64,000 nucleotides of DNA from Paraspadella gotoi (lineage: Eukaryota; Animalia; Chaetognatha). Made by a program: the position numbers and the translations under genes. The notes under the pieces are model-generated. The model was not told the origin of the DNA, did not search any database, and saw nothing but the letters and a program-made list of their open reading frames with translations. Where the stretch lies: positions 19,939,936 to 20,003,935 of the forward strand of contig CM119269.1 in assembly GCA_051294375.1 (NCBI GenBank). The letters are read 5' to 3'. Positions 42,933 through 56,474 of this stretch are shown one piece after another (position 1 is the first letter of the stretch; each line of letters opens with the position of its first letter).

Positions 42933-44587
42933 TTAATAACGGTAATCCAAGAGCGTGTAGTTGAGCAGTTTTTCGGGCTCGGACACGAACCAACACGGGA
43001 CATCTGCCATGTTGAGCTCGTCTGGGATCACATGACTTTTGACGAGGATGCTCTTCCCTTTGAAGCGAAGGGTGGTGCGACCGTCGGCTATGGCCAGGGA
43101 GCCGGAGGCTGCTGTAAATTCCCCTGTGGAGTGAAAGGTGGAACAAAGGTGAGAGAAATGAAGCAGCAAATGGGGCAAAAAGAAAACTTACCTATAAGTC
43201 CTGTATATTTCGTATTTAATCCGTGTTCCAAATAAATTCCGAGGTAGTGAAGCATTTGTTCCCGGTACAGTTTGGTCTTCTTTAGATGACGGTGATTTTG
43301 CTTGACGAAGAACGATGTGGAACCGAACTGTACTTTGAGGACTTTCCAAGAGTCTTTGGTTACGGAGAAGCCCTTCTTTTTGTAGAAGAGAGTGGTGGGA
43401 GAGCCCACGTTGGGCCAGGGAAGTCTGTTAGAGGGGTAATGGGGAAATTCTGGAGTGAAACGGGACTAACTTCGAAATCAAGCTAAGGAAGTGCAGAATT
43501 GTGAAAATTCAACAGATAATGTCTGAAAGAGAGCCTGCCAAAAATTAGCTAAAAGCAAGAGAAGAAACAAACCAGAGTGCCGTGACTAGGAAAAAGACTT
43601 CGCTCTCGTTTCTTCTTAAAATATAAAACGGCTCCTTCCTATCCCAGTAGACCCACTTGAGGATCCTCTTCTTCCCCTCGTAGACTCGAACGTCTCCGAC
43701 AGAGATCTCGACGTAAACGCTCCTCCAGAGGTCGTGGAAGGTCAGGAGTCCGAAGTAGGTCGAGTTGCGTTCAATGTGGAATCGTCTAACAAAAGATGCA
43801 CAACATTGACGTAGGATATTTAGTACGAGATAGTCGTGAAAGTTCCTTTTCATTGTTACTTCATGACGAGCGTGCCGACGACGTCAAGGGCATTGTCGAC
43901 TCCGTAGAGCTTGAATGAGTCGCCGGCGTGGCCGTCCAAGTCGAAGCAGATCGTCCGGTTGATGCCCGGACCCTGAAGAAGGGATATATAGAGAAAGAGG
44001 AGGGGGCAGCGGAGAAGGTAGAGGGGAAGAGACATTAGAAAGCCGTAATGGAACATAAAAAGTGAAGACAATTAAGAAAAAAGGAATTGAACGTATAATC
44101 ACAAAATAAAACAAAGAAGCATTGTAAGCATGGGGGAACTGGAAATGGTAATAAATTAAAGCCATTACTGAATTGTCAATACTTCCCCATATTTTCAATG
44201 TGAACTTAAAGAAAGAAAAAAAACTTTTGGCATGATTCTACTTGCGACGACTATGGTTAAGGGAGGTTTTAAGGTTGAAAATAGTTTGAAAATAGTTCAA
44301 AAGTAGTTAAAGGTTAAAAATAGTAAAGTTTAAAAGTTTTTAAAATTGAAAAAAATCAATAGTTTTTTAAATAATAAAATAATTAGATAATAATACCAAA
44401 ATCCCAGTCGGCAAAAAATAAAATACTAAACTTTTTCATTGACATCTTGTAATTCAATAAAAGAATCTCGCACCTTGATGCTCACTCCGATGTGAGGGTC
44501 CGACTCACCAAAGGACGTCCAACCAAAGACGAACGACGATGACAACGCTGTCGCCAAAATGAATAAAGGCTTGACAAATCGTTGCAT
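42933..44587 (-). CDS. Secreted 259-aa protein: signal peptide plus stand-alone inter-alpha-trypsin inhibitor heavy-chain C-terminal (ITI_HC_C-like) domain; exons 44587-44474, 43972-43860, 43785-43657, 43424-43192, 43123-42933
   Basis: All four introns GT-AG with consistent phases (0,2,2,1). Ordered motifs SDPHI, ICFDLDG, TYFG, YLGIY, GLIGEF, VPCWFV, LLDY match ITIH DPHF, (L/I)CFNID, TYFG, FLG.Y, GL(I/L)GQF, CWFV, DY. In-frame TGA two codons upstream of the ATG. Confidence 0.9.
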
Positions 44588-46899
44588 CTTTCAGTTCTAA
44601 GATGGAATAAACAGTTAATAAAAAATAAAAAATCTAAAATAACTCGTCGAAAAATTAGAAGCAAAAACCGTAATCGGTATTAGATGTTAAATTCAATCTC
44701 AATAAGTCAGAGGCTGAAGAGAGTAAAGTGAATGTGTCTGCGGTGGAGGGAGAGAGAGACAAAGATATTCGAATAGAAAAATGGTGTTTTTTTTTTTTTA
44801 AATTTTATCGATTCGCCTTCGCCTTCTCAACGTTCCTTTTTATTTCCACACAATTCATTTGATATTTTTTTCTTCGTTAGCAAACGTTAACAAACGTATG
44901 CAATCAGTCGATTTAGCTTAAACAATCCAAACAATACGCCGCTACCTCTCAATCCAAAATTTTTGAGTGAATAAGTTAAGGCTTGTTCCTGTAAATAAAA
45001 TGAGAACGAAATTGTTTTTTTTAAAGTAGCATTTCCTTTGAAAAAAAAACAAAACAAACAAACTATAAATTCCTCATCTTCTTATAAAATCACACTTCAG
45101 AATTTAGTTTTGAATTTTTCCAATTATTTCGATTGGCTTGCTGAGCTTTAGATGTAATTGAACTTTACTTAGCCTCGTTCCCGACTCTCCGCCCTCGATG
45201 AAAACAAAAAGACTAATGTGTCTCCCTCTTTTTTTTTTTCATTCGTGATCCAAATTCCGTCGCAGTCCAACGACTTTGGGCGAAATCGACAAAAAATTTA
45301 CTCGGTTAACACAATTTTCTCGGTTTTTATTCCCCCTCCTGCCCAAAGTATCTTTCGACTCTTTCTGATCTGACTTTAACTTCTAACTCTCTACCCGATT
45401 GTCTCATTTTCTTATTCCCTNNNNNNNNNNCCTATTGCTACATATTTCCCGTTGCTGAGGATCTGGCCCCTGTTATATTCATTTGCCTGATATCCCCCTC
45501 TTTCTCCCAGTTTATTTTTTAATAATTTACCCCCCATTTTACTATTTTTCCCCCTCTTTTCCTCCCCTCGCCCCACCCCGCCCCATTTTAACCCTCTCCG
45601 TTTCCCATCATTTATCCCCCAAAATTTCTCTCTATGCCGGACCGGAAGGGAAAGAGGAACCGGGGGGGGTAGGCCGTTAAAAAAATATAGAGACACCGAA
45701 GAGGAGAGAGAGAGAGAGAGAGAGAGAGTCTCTTCTAAGCAATTTTTTTAGAGTTTTCAAAATTGGAAAATTCTCGGTTCCCGAATTTGCAAGAAGAAAA
45801 AAAAAAGGGGTCGATGATCACATTATGGAGGATGGTTTGGAGGACGAGGTTTTGAGGCGACAGAGACAAGGGTGCGGGGAGAAAGTTGGCGGGAGAAGAC
45901 AAGGTGGAAATTGATAGAGAGAGAGACAATTAGAAGAATGAAAGGAAAGGAAACCCGAGTTAATGGGGAAGAGGTTTTATTAGGGAAACGGAGAAGTTTA
46001 AAAGAAAGGGAAAAGAATGCCGAATGGGAGAAAGCCGAAATGAGGGTGAGAAGATGAGGTAAGTGAAAAAAAAGCTTTGAAGGAGGAAGGGAAATGATAT
46101 CAAAGGTAGAAGAAAAAAGAGGAAGATAAAAGTGAGAAATGACAGAGAAAAAAAATGATGAGTGTGAACGAATGACAGATTAAAAGAGAATTTGAGTAAT
46201 GAGAATAAAAAGGATAAAATAAAAAGAAGATAATTTGAGATAATAATGAAAAGAGAAAAACGGGAATGTGAGATGAATTCGGGGAGATGGGGAAATGGCC
46301 CAAGTGAGATCAAATCAAGGAGAGGGATAAATAGGGGGAGTGAGATGTATAAAGGGAAAGAGAGAAATGGGGAAGAGAGATGAATTAAGGGAAAAGGGAG
46401 AGAGAGAAGGCGTGGCCGAGAGACGTGCCGAGCTTCCGCTCGCGGTCGATGGAGGGCGTCGAAGCGCGAATCGCCGGAAATGACTTCAAATGTGAAATGT
46501 GATTTGAGCGAGGAACCGCTGCTCATTTCTAGCACCATGGATCGAATCAGATATCGCACCTTGCTTAACTCCAAAACTACATTGCTTTATCCATGTTCAC
46601 TTGCCTATTTTCACATATAATTCACATGTGAAAAAATGCTTCACGCACGGCACGTCGCTGTTTCGATTCCTAATCCAGGCCCTCACCCTCACTCTTTCCA
46701 AACGTTGTCCATTTTTTTTTTGCAGTTGCCATATACCTTTACCACGCTTTTCTGATCTCGTCTCACGCTATTTGAAAGTTAAAATAATAATAAAAAAATG
46801 GATGGAGTCGAATTAGTAAAGTTATACAAAGTCTTTCAATATATGCAATTTTAAAAGCGACCATGTTTTCTGGGTGGGAGGCCCCATTCACATTCCAAA

Positions 46900-46956
<57 letters not shown>

Positions 46957-47047
46957 AAAGAGAGAGAGAGAGAGAGAGGATTTCCCCGGGATTTCTCACG
47001 ATTCTTTTGATACTTTCCATACTTTTTCGGGAGATTGTCGTTGAACC

Positions 47048-47136
<89 letters not shown>

Positions 47137-47667
47137 ATAGGCGAATCCGTCTCGCGCCGCAGTGAACGCGTGGGACGCTGTGGGTGGAAATTTTGCTTTT
47201 TGATCTCTGAAAATTAACTACATTAACAAAATAATTGTAATATGTGGTTATAAAGGGATATTGACTGGCACACTTCCTTTTTTTGGTTCGACCATTAATT
47301 TTAATTCCGGCTCTATAATCAAATTGGTCGGTTCGTCGGTCCTCCGTCATGACTTTGAATGCCAATTAGTATATCGGGCGATTGATTTGAAATCTTGTGG
47401 AAATTTAGTTTTGATGGAATTTTCCAAGTAGAAATGTGTTTAAATGGGGAAAAAAATCATGTTTCGTTTTTTTTTACTATTTCAGTATTTCATTATTTTT
47501 TAAATTTNNNNNNNNNNTAAATGGGGAAAAAAAACCATGTTTCGTTTTTTTTTACTATTTTAAATTTTTGTATAATTAACAGGAGCAAAAATTATTATTA
47601 AAATAACAAACGAACATATATTAAAAAAAAGGCTTATGATTATGTAAAAAAAAAAAAAGAGAGAGAG

Positions 47668-50600
47668 TTCATAACTTGAGTGAGCAGACTTAAAACAACG
47701 AGGCCGCCTACGCGGGCCAGACCCTATAAAAAGTCGGGGGGGGGGGGGCTCGATAGAGAAAAAAGAGAGAAACTGGGTTGAGCGCTCAAACATGCGATCG
47801 GTTTTGTACTACACAAATGAACGCAGCGTCAAAGAATCTTCTCCTCCTCTTCCTCTCCGTCTCCCTTCTCTCTCTCTCTGTTTCTTTACCACATTCCTTA
47901 CTTTTGCTTGCTCTCGTTCAGGCTTCAACAACCCACTGGAAGATGCACTTCCGCTTTGGCGCCGAAAAAAGTGGAGCAGTTTTTTTCTAAAGGGGGGGGA
48001 GAGAATAATTTAATCCGTAATGACGCTATGTATAGAGATGGGAAGAAGGTACGGGTCGTGCACGCGGGGCTATAAGGGGTTGAGAAGGGGAAACGTTGCC
48101 GAGTTACTTAGTCTGAAGCTTGAATGAATGTCGAGGGACAAAACTGTTTATACTTTTAATCTCTTCAATTGGAACTACATGGTGGTGCTTTACTATAAAC
48201 CTAAGCGAAAATTTGGGAACAATAGAATCTATCAAGTTTCGTTTTCGCACAAATATAACCAAAGAAATACCGTATTTCTCAAACTAACTATATCAGCGTA
48301 TGATCAGTTGTAATCGACAGCCCTTCCTCTGCGAGAAAAAAACCTCAAATGCATTTCATCACGTTCTCTTCGTGAGCTCGTAGCGGTAAAGGAAAAAGGC
48401 GTTAAACGAAATTCCTCACGTCACATAAATCCGAACCCATAATCAAAGCGATTCACGTGTTCCTCAAAGAATTACCGGCACATATTGAGTGATTCATGTC
48501 AACAACAATTATCATAACGAAAGCAAATCGACTCGAAAATAACAGTAAAGAGTTTGGCTGTTGAAACGTCGCGAAGGACGAATCAGACGAAATTGAATCT
48601 TTTATTTTGTCCTTTATAAGAAATCGTTACGCGTCGCTCGGGGGCGACGATCGATACGAGGCGACCATCTCGTCGCACGGGAAGCAAAAAGAAACACGCA
48701 AACCAAAGATCGATTGAAGATTAAGAAGACGGATAATTTTACTTTCGCCGACCGAATTAGGGGGGGGTTTAGTTTAGGGTAGTATTAGATTTAGGTTGAA
48801 AGATAATTAAGATTAAAATGGTTTAAGATTATAGAAATAAAATATTTTTTGAAATATTTTTAAAAAATAATGTTTTATAAAACCCCGTTGTTTACAAAAC
48901 AAAGAATTTTATTTCGCGTACATGGTTTTACAAGCTTTTAGCAAATATGTTATAATTATAATTAGAATCCAAGCCTAAATATCTTGTACTTTCTAAGCCC
49001 TAACCCGAAAAACTGCAGAGGAAATGGCTAACAGTATTCGCGACAGGTGGGTTTAAAACTATTTAAAAATATTGTTTTTTAAATTAATTATTTCCTTAAC
49101 GCTTAAATAGCTTTAACCCTAAAACAAAGCAATAACCAAAAAATAAAATGCTAAGTGTTAAAAAAAAAATATTTGGTCGGATAAGCTTGCTAGTAATTAC
49201 TATGTAACAGCATTGCGATACCGACATAAATATAGTTTAAAAGCCAATAATAAAATAAATTTTAATTTTGCCGATGAAGGTTTTTGTATCTTTTAAAATA
49301 ACATTTAAAAATATTTATTTTAAAATATTAGTGTTGTTTTCTTTCTGTTTCGTTGTGATTGGTTTAGAACAAAGTTTGAAGAGAGATTTAAACAACGATT
49401 TTTATTTCATAATGAAACGGACATGTTTGCTCTGTCTCTCTCTCTCTCTCTCTCTCTTTCTTTATGCACAAAATTCTCTTCAAATTCACAAATTGAATTT
49501 GGCGCTGAAGAAGACTCGTATGTGAGTCGAAACATGTCCGTTTCACTATGAAATAAAAATCGTTTGTTAAATCTCTCTTCAAACTTTGTTCTAAATTTTA
49601 AAATAAAAATTTAAAATATTATCCTACCCTAACACCCCTAATCCACCTTAGCCCTAAACTCCTCTCACCGCGGTCGGCGGAAAATAAAATTACCCACCCA
49701 ATGTAAATACCCCGCGATATGACAGTCCAACCTACTTTTCAATTTGTATGATTATGTTTATGAATTGGTACACATAATATAAAAATTATAATACAGTGTA
49801 ATAAAATCTTTATTATGTTTTTTATAAAGATTTTTACCCTTAAGTTTTCTATGCTATTTAAACGAAAAAGAGAAATGAAATAAATGATTCTTTTTATATA
49901 ATTCTCATAAAATCTGGTAAAAAATCGGGATGTAAATTAAAATGTTTAAAAATACAAAAAGTAGTAATAAAATACAAACCACGAACGGAAAAGTCAAATT
50001 TAATAACGGTAATCCAAGAGCGTGTAGTTGAGCCAGTTTTTCGGGCTCGGACACGAACCAACACGGGACATCTGCCATGTTGAGCTCGTCTGGGATCACA
50101 TGACTTTTGACGAGGATGCTCTTCCTTTGAAAGCGAAGGGTGGTGCGACCGTCGGCTATGGCCAGGGAGCCGGAGGCTGCTGTAAATTCCGCCTGTGGAG
50201 TGAAAGGTGGAACAAAGGTGAGAGAAATGAAGCAGCAAATGGGGCAAAAAGAAAACTTACCTATAAGTCCTGTATATTTCGTATTTAATCCGTGTTCCAA
50301 AATAAATTCCGAGGTAGTGAAGCATTTGTTCCGCGGTACAGTTTGGTCTTCTTTAGATGACGGTGATTTTGCTTGACGAAGAACGATGTGGAACCGAACT
50401 GTACTTTGAGGACTTTCCAAGAGTCTTTGGTTACGGAGAAGCCCTTCTTTTTGTAGAAGAGAGTGGTGGGAGAGCCCACGTGGGCCAGGGAAGTCTGTTA
50501 GAGGGGTAATGGGGAAATTCTGGAGTGAAACGGGACTAACTTCGAAATCAAGCTAAGGAAGTGCAGAATTGTTGAAAATTCAACAGATAATGTCTGAAAG

Positions 50601-52766
50601 AGAGCCTGCCAAAAATTAGCTAAAAGCAGAGAAGAAACAAACAGAGTGCCGTGACTAGGAAAAAGACTTCGCTCTCGTTTCTTCTTAAAATATAAAACGG
50701 CTCCTTCCTATCCAGTAGACCCACTTGAGGATCCTCTTCTTCCCCTCGTAGACTCGAACGTCTCCGACAGAGATCTCGACGTAAACGCTCCTCCAGAGGT
50801 CGTGAAGGTCAGGAGTCCGAAGTAGGTCGAGTTGCGTTCAATGTGGAATCGTCTAACAAAAGATGCACAACATTGAGTAGGATATTTAGTACGAGATAGT
50901 CGTGAAAGTTCTTTTCATTGTTACCTCATGACGGAGCGTGCCGACGACGTCAAGGGCATTGTCGACTCCGTAGAGCTTGAATGAGTCGCCGGCGTGGCCG
51001 TCCAAGTCGAAGCAGATCGTCCGGTTGATGCCCGGACCTGAAGAAGGGATATATAGAGAAAGAGGAGGGGGCAGCGGAGAAGGTAGAGGGGAAGAGACAT
51101 TAGAAAAGCCGTAATGGAACATAAAAAGTGAAGACAATTAAGAAAAAAGGAATTGAACGTATAATCACAAAATAAAACAAAGAAGCATTGTAAGCATGGG
51201 GGACTGGAAATGGTAATAAATTAAAGCCATTACTGAATTGTCAATACTTCCCCATATTTTCAAATGTGAACTTAAAAGAAAGAAAAAAAAACTTTTGGCA
51301 TGATTCTACTTGCGACGACTATGGTTAAGGGAGGTTTTAAGGTTGAAAATAGTTTGAAAATAGTTCAAAAGTAGTTAAAGGTTAAAAATAGTAAAGTTTA
51401 AAAGTTTTTAAAATTGAAAAAAATCAATAGTTTTTTAAATAATAAAATAATTAGATTAATAATACCAAAATCCAGTCGGCAAAAAATAAAATACTAAACT
51501 TTTTCATTGACATCTTGTAATTCAATAAAAGAATCTCGCACCTTGATGCTCACTCCGATGTGAGGGTCCGACTCACCAAAGGACGTCCAACCAAAGACGA
51601 ACGACGATGACAACGCTGTCGCCAAAATGATAAAGGCTTGACAAATCGTTGCATCTTTCAGTTCTAAGATGGAATAAACAGTTAATAAAAAATAAAAAAT
51701 CTAAAATAACTCGTCGAAAAATTAGAAGCAAAAACCGTAATCGGTATTAGATGTTAAATTCAATCTCAATAAGTCAGAGGCTGAAGAGAGTAAAGTGAAT
51801 GTGTCTGCGGTGGAGGGAGAGAGAGCAAAAGATATTCGAATAGAAAAATGGTGTTTTTTTTTTTTTAAAATTTTTATCGATTCGCCTTCGCCTTCTCAAC
51901 GTTCCTTTTTTATTTCCACACAATTCATTTGATATTTTTTTTTCTTCGTTAGCAAACGTTAACAAAACGTATGCAATCAGTCGATTTAGCTTAAACAATC
52001 CAAACAATACGCCGCTACCTCTCAATCCAAAATTTTGAGTGAATAAGTTAAGGCTTGTTCCTGTAAATAAAATGAGAACGAAATTGTTTTTTTAAAGTAG
52101 CATTTCCTTTGAAAAAAAACAAAACAAACAAACTATAAATTCCTCATCTTCTTATAAAATCACACTTCAGAATTTAGTTTTGAATTTTCCAATTATTTCG
52201 ATTGGCTTGCTGAGCTTTAGATGTAATTGAACTTTACTTAGCCTCGTTCCCGACTCTCCGCCCTCGATGAAAACAAAAAGACTAATGTGTCTCCCTCTTT
52301 TTTTTTTTCATTCGTGATCCAAATCCGTCGCAGTCCAACGACTTTGGGCGAAATCGACAAAAAATTTACTCGGTTAAACACAATTTTCTCGGTTTTTATT
52401 CCCCTCCTGCCCAAAGTATCTTTCGACTCTTTCTGATCTGACTTTAACTTCTAACTCTCTACCCATTGTCTCATTTTCTTTTATTCCCTTTTTTTTTCAC
52501 CCTTTGCTACATATTTCCCGTTGCTGGGGATCTGGCCCTCTGTATATTCATTTTCCTGATATTCCCCTCTTTTCTCCAAGTTTATTTTTTTAATAATTTA
52601 CCCCCATTTTACTATTTTTCCCCCTCTTTTCCTCCCCTCGCCCCACCCCGCCCATTTTAACCCTCTCCGTTTCCCATCATTTATCCCCAAAATTTCTCTC
52701 GTATGCCGGACCGGAAGGGAAAGAGGAACCGGGGGGGGTAGGCCGTTAAAAAAATATAGAGACACC

Positions 52767-52800
<34 letters not shown>

Positions 52801-53971
52801 TCTCTTCTAAGCAATTTTTTTAGAGTTTTCAAAATTGGAAAATTCTCGGTCCCGAATTTTGCAAGAAAGAAAAAAAAAGGGGTCGATGATCACATTATGG
52901 AGGATGGTTCGGAGGACGAGGTTTTGAGGCGACAGAGACAAGGGTGCGGGGAGAAAGTTGGCGGGAGAAGACAAGGTGGAATTGATAGAGAAGAGAGACA
53001 ATTAGAAGAATGAAAGGAAAGGAAACCGAGTTAAGGGGAAGAGGTTTTATTAGGGAAACGGAGAAGTTTAAAAGAAAGGGAAAAGAATGGCCAATGGGAG
53101 AAAGCCGAAATTGAGGTGAGAAGATGAGGTAAGTGAAAAAAAAGCTTTGAAGGTGGAAGGGAAATGATATCAAAGGTAGAAGAAAGAAGAGAAAAAAGTG
53201 AGAAAATGACAGAGAAAAAATGAGATGGTGTGAAGAATGACAGATTAAAGAGAATTTGAGTAATGAGAATAAAAAGGATAAAATAAAAAAGATAATTTGA
53301 GATAATAATGAAAAGAGAAAAAAGGGAATAGTGAGATGAATTCGGGAGATGGGGAAAATGGCCCAAGGAGATCAAATTCAAGGAGAGGGATAAATAGGGG
53401 GAGTGAGATGTATAAAAGGGAAAGAGAGAAATGGGGAAGAGAGATGAATTAAGGGAAAAGGGAGAGAGAGAAGGCGTGGCCGAGAGACGTGCCGAGCTTC
53501 CCGCTCGCGGTCGATGGAGGCGTCGAAGCGCGAATCGCCGGAAATGACTTCAAATGTGAAATGTGATCTTGAGCGAGGAACCGCTGCTCATTTCTAGCAC
53601 CATGGGATCCGAATCAGATATCGCACCTTGCTTAACTCCAAAACTACATTGCTTTATCCATGTTCACTTGCCTATTTTCACATAAAATTCACATGTGAAA
53701 AAATTCTTCACGCACGGCACGTCGCTGTTTTCGATTCCTAATCCAGGCCCTCACCCTCACTCTTTCCCAAACGTTGTCCATTTTTTTTTTGCAGTTGCCA
53801 TATACCTTTACCACGTTTTTCTGATCTCGTCCTCACGCTATTTGAAAGTTAAAATAATAATAAAAAAATGGATGGAGTCGAATTAGTAAAGTTATACAAA
53901 GTCTTTCAATATATGCAATTTTTAAAGAGCGACCATGTTTTCTGGGTGGGAGGCCCCATTCACATTCCAAA

Positions 53972-54010
<39 letters not shown>

Positions 54011-54106
54011 AGAGAGAGAGAGAGAGAGAGAGATTTCCCGCGGATTTCTCAACGATTCTTTTGATACTTTCCATACTTTTTCGGGAGATTGTCGTTGAAC
54101 CGAGAG

Positions 54107-54163
<57 letters not shown>

Positions 54164-54620
54164 AGAGAGAGAGAGAGAGAGAGTTTTATAAGCGAATCCG
54201 TCTTCGCGCCGCAGTGAACGCGTGGGACGCTGTGGGTGGAAATTTTGCTTTTGATCTCTGAAAATTAACTACATTAACAAATAATTGTAATATGTGGTTA
54301 TAAAGGGATATTGACTGGCACACTTCCTTTTTTTGGTTCGACCATTAATTTTAATTCCGGCTCTATAATCAAATTGGTCGGTTCGTCGTCCTCCGTCATG
54401 ACTTTGAATGTCAATTAGTATATCGGGCGATTGATTTGAAATCTTGTGAAATTTAGTTTTGATGAATTTTCCAAGTAGAAATGTGTTAAATTGGGGAAAA
54501 AAATGTTTCGTTTTTTTTTTACTATTTTAAATTTTTGTATAATTAACAGGCACAAAAATTATTATTAAATAACAAACGAACATATATTAAAAAAAAGGCT
54601 TATGATTATGTAAAAAAAAA
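47668..54620. repeat. Copy 2 of the ~6.9 kb duplication
   Basis: Near-identical to 40761-47660; differences are mainly 1-bp indels. Confidence 0.95.
50000..51654 (-). pseudogene. Second copy of the stand-alone ITIH C-terminal-domain gene with 1-bp indels
   Basis: Same exons within the duplicated block; several frameshifting indels, probably consensus errors. Confidence 0.75.
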
Positions 54621-54859
54621 GGATGAAAAAAATAAAAAGATGGAACAAATGAAAGAAAGAGAGAACAAATCATAAATAAATTTTTGAATTATAAATATTA
54701 AATTTAAATCTTATGCATTATAAAAAGANNNNNNNNNNNNNNNNNNNNNNNNNAAGATGAAAAAAATAAAAGATGGAACAAATGAAGAAAGAGAGAACAA
54801 ATCATAAATAAATTTTGAATTATAAATATTAAATTTAAATCTTATGCATTATAAAAAGA

Positions 54860-56027
54860 TCACAAGATGAATAATAAACTTAATCGTCTGTTAAGCTTCT
54901 TTCCGCTAAAGATCGTGAGCAGTCCGGCATTGTTTGCTAAACCGAGTTTACTTTTTCAACGATAATCCCCGCGTAATGACGTAAACGGGGGAAAAGTACG
55001 GCGTCGTTTTACGCCGGCGTCTTTTTGCGGCTAATGATAGTGACGCCGCGCGACGCCGCCCGTCGCCACGTTAATCGACCTCAAAGCGCCGGCTGAGTGA
55101 CGCCGATCTTATCTTTTAGTTCTTCGCTTTCTCGATAATAGATATTCATCTCCACCTCTCTCTCCCTGACTCTCTCATTCTCTTCATCACTCTATTTCAC
55201 TCTATTGCAACAAACGCTATTATTACTGTCATTAACATTTTAGTTGCATTTTTTTTTTCCTTTCTTTTTTCATATCATGAGAGATATGGTCTTCACAATA
55301 TTTGTTTTATCACTTGAAGACATTGTGATTGAAGAGTCAACTCAAGACTCAACATTAAGATTTTCTCACTGTTACGTCTGTGGTTGATTTTCTCTGCACC
55401 ATAGATTCCATGATTGAGACTCTCAAGAGTTTTCTTGGTCACAAGATGAATAATAACTTATCGTCTGTTAAGCTTCTTTCCGCTAAAGAATCGTGAGCAG
55501 ATCCGGCATTGTTTGCTAAACCGAGTTTACTTTTTCAACGATAATCCCCGCGTAATGACGTAAACGGGGAGAAAAGTACGGCGTCGTTTTTTACGCCGGC
55601 GTCTTTTTGCGGCTATGATAGTGACGCCGCGCGACGCCGCCCGTCGCCACGTTAATCGACCTCAAAGCGCCGGCTGAGTGACGCCGATCTTATCTTTTAG
55701 TTCTTCGCTTTCTCGATAATAGATATTCATCTCCACCTCTCTCTCCCTGACTCTCTCATTCTCTTCATCACTCTATTTCACTCTATTGCAAACAAACGCT
55801 ATTATTACTGTCATTAACATTTTAGTTGCATTTTTTATTTTTCCTTTCTTTTTTTCATATCATGAGAGATATGGTCTTCACCAAAATATTTGTTTTATCA
55901 CTTGAAGACATTGTGATTGAAGAGTCAACTCAAGACTCAACATTAAGATTTTCTCACTGTTACGTCTGTGGTTGATTTTCTCTGCACCATAGATTCCATG
56001 ATTGAGACTCTCAAGAGTTTTCTTGGC
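54860..56027. repeat. Tandem duplication of a ~580-bp unit (54860-55438, 55439-56027)
   Basis: Both copies run tcacaagatgaa...ctctcaagagttttcttgg; adjacent to an N gap whose flanks are also duplicated. Confidence 0.92.
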
Positions 56028-56054
56028 CACTCGAGGTTCAGCTCGTGACAATGA

Positions 56055-56187
<133 letters not shown>

Positions 56188-56383
56188 CCCGACTCTTAAA
56201 AGCAGCAACTAAATCATAATCCCCTTTCCTTCCTTTTGTTTCCAGACTTTCAACAAAAGATCTCTCGCGGGAAAGTCGGCCCTGGTGGCGCCAAAACAAA
56301 CAAATGTTGCCGGCGCTCAGCCTCGAAAATGAAACATCAACAAAAGAACATTTCCCGAGCTGGGACGCGGCGTCCGCGGAGAG

Positions 56384-56474
<91 letters not shown>

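Larger units (their letters stand above)
40761..47660. repeat. Copy 1 of a ~6.9 kb head-to-tail duplication
   Basis: Colinear with 47668-54620, from ttcataacttga.. to ..ggcttatgattatgtaaaa. Confidence 0.95.

Noticed and set aside
54622-56027. ~100-bp and ~580-bp direct duplications as biological repeats
   Set aside because: They flank an N gap and differ mainly by small indels; typical contig-overlap artefacts.
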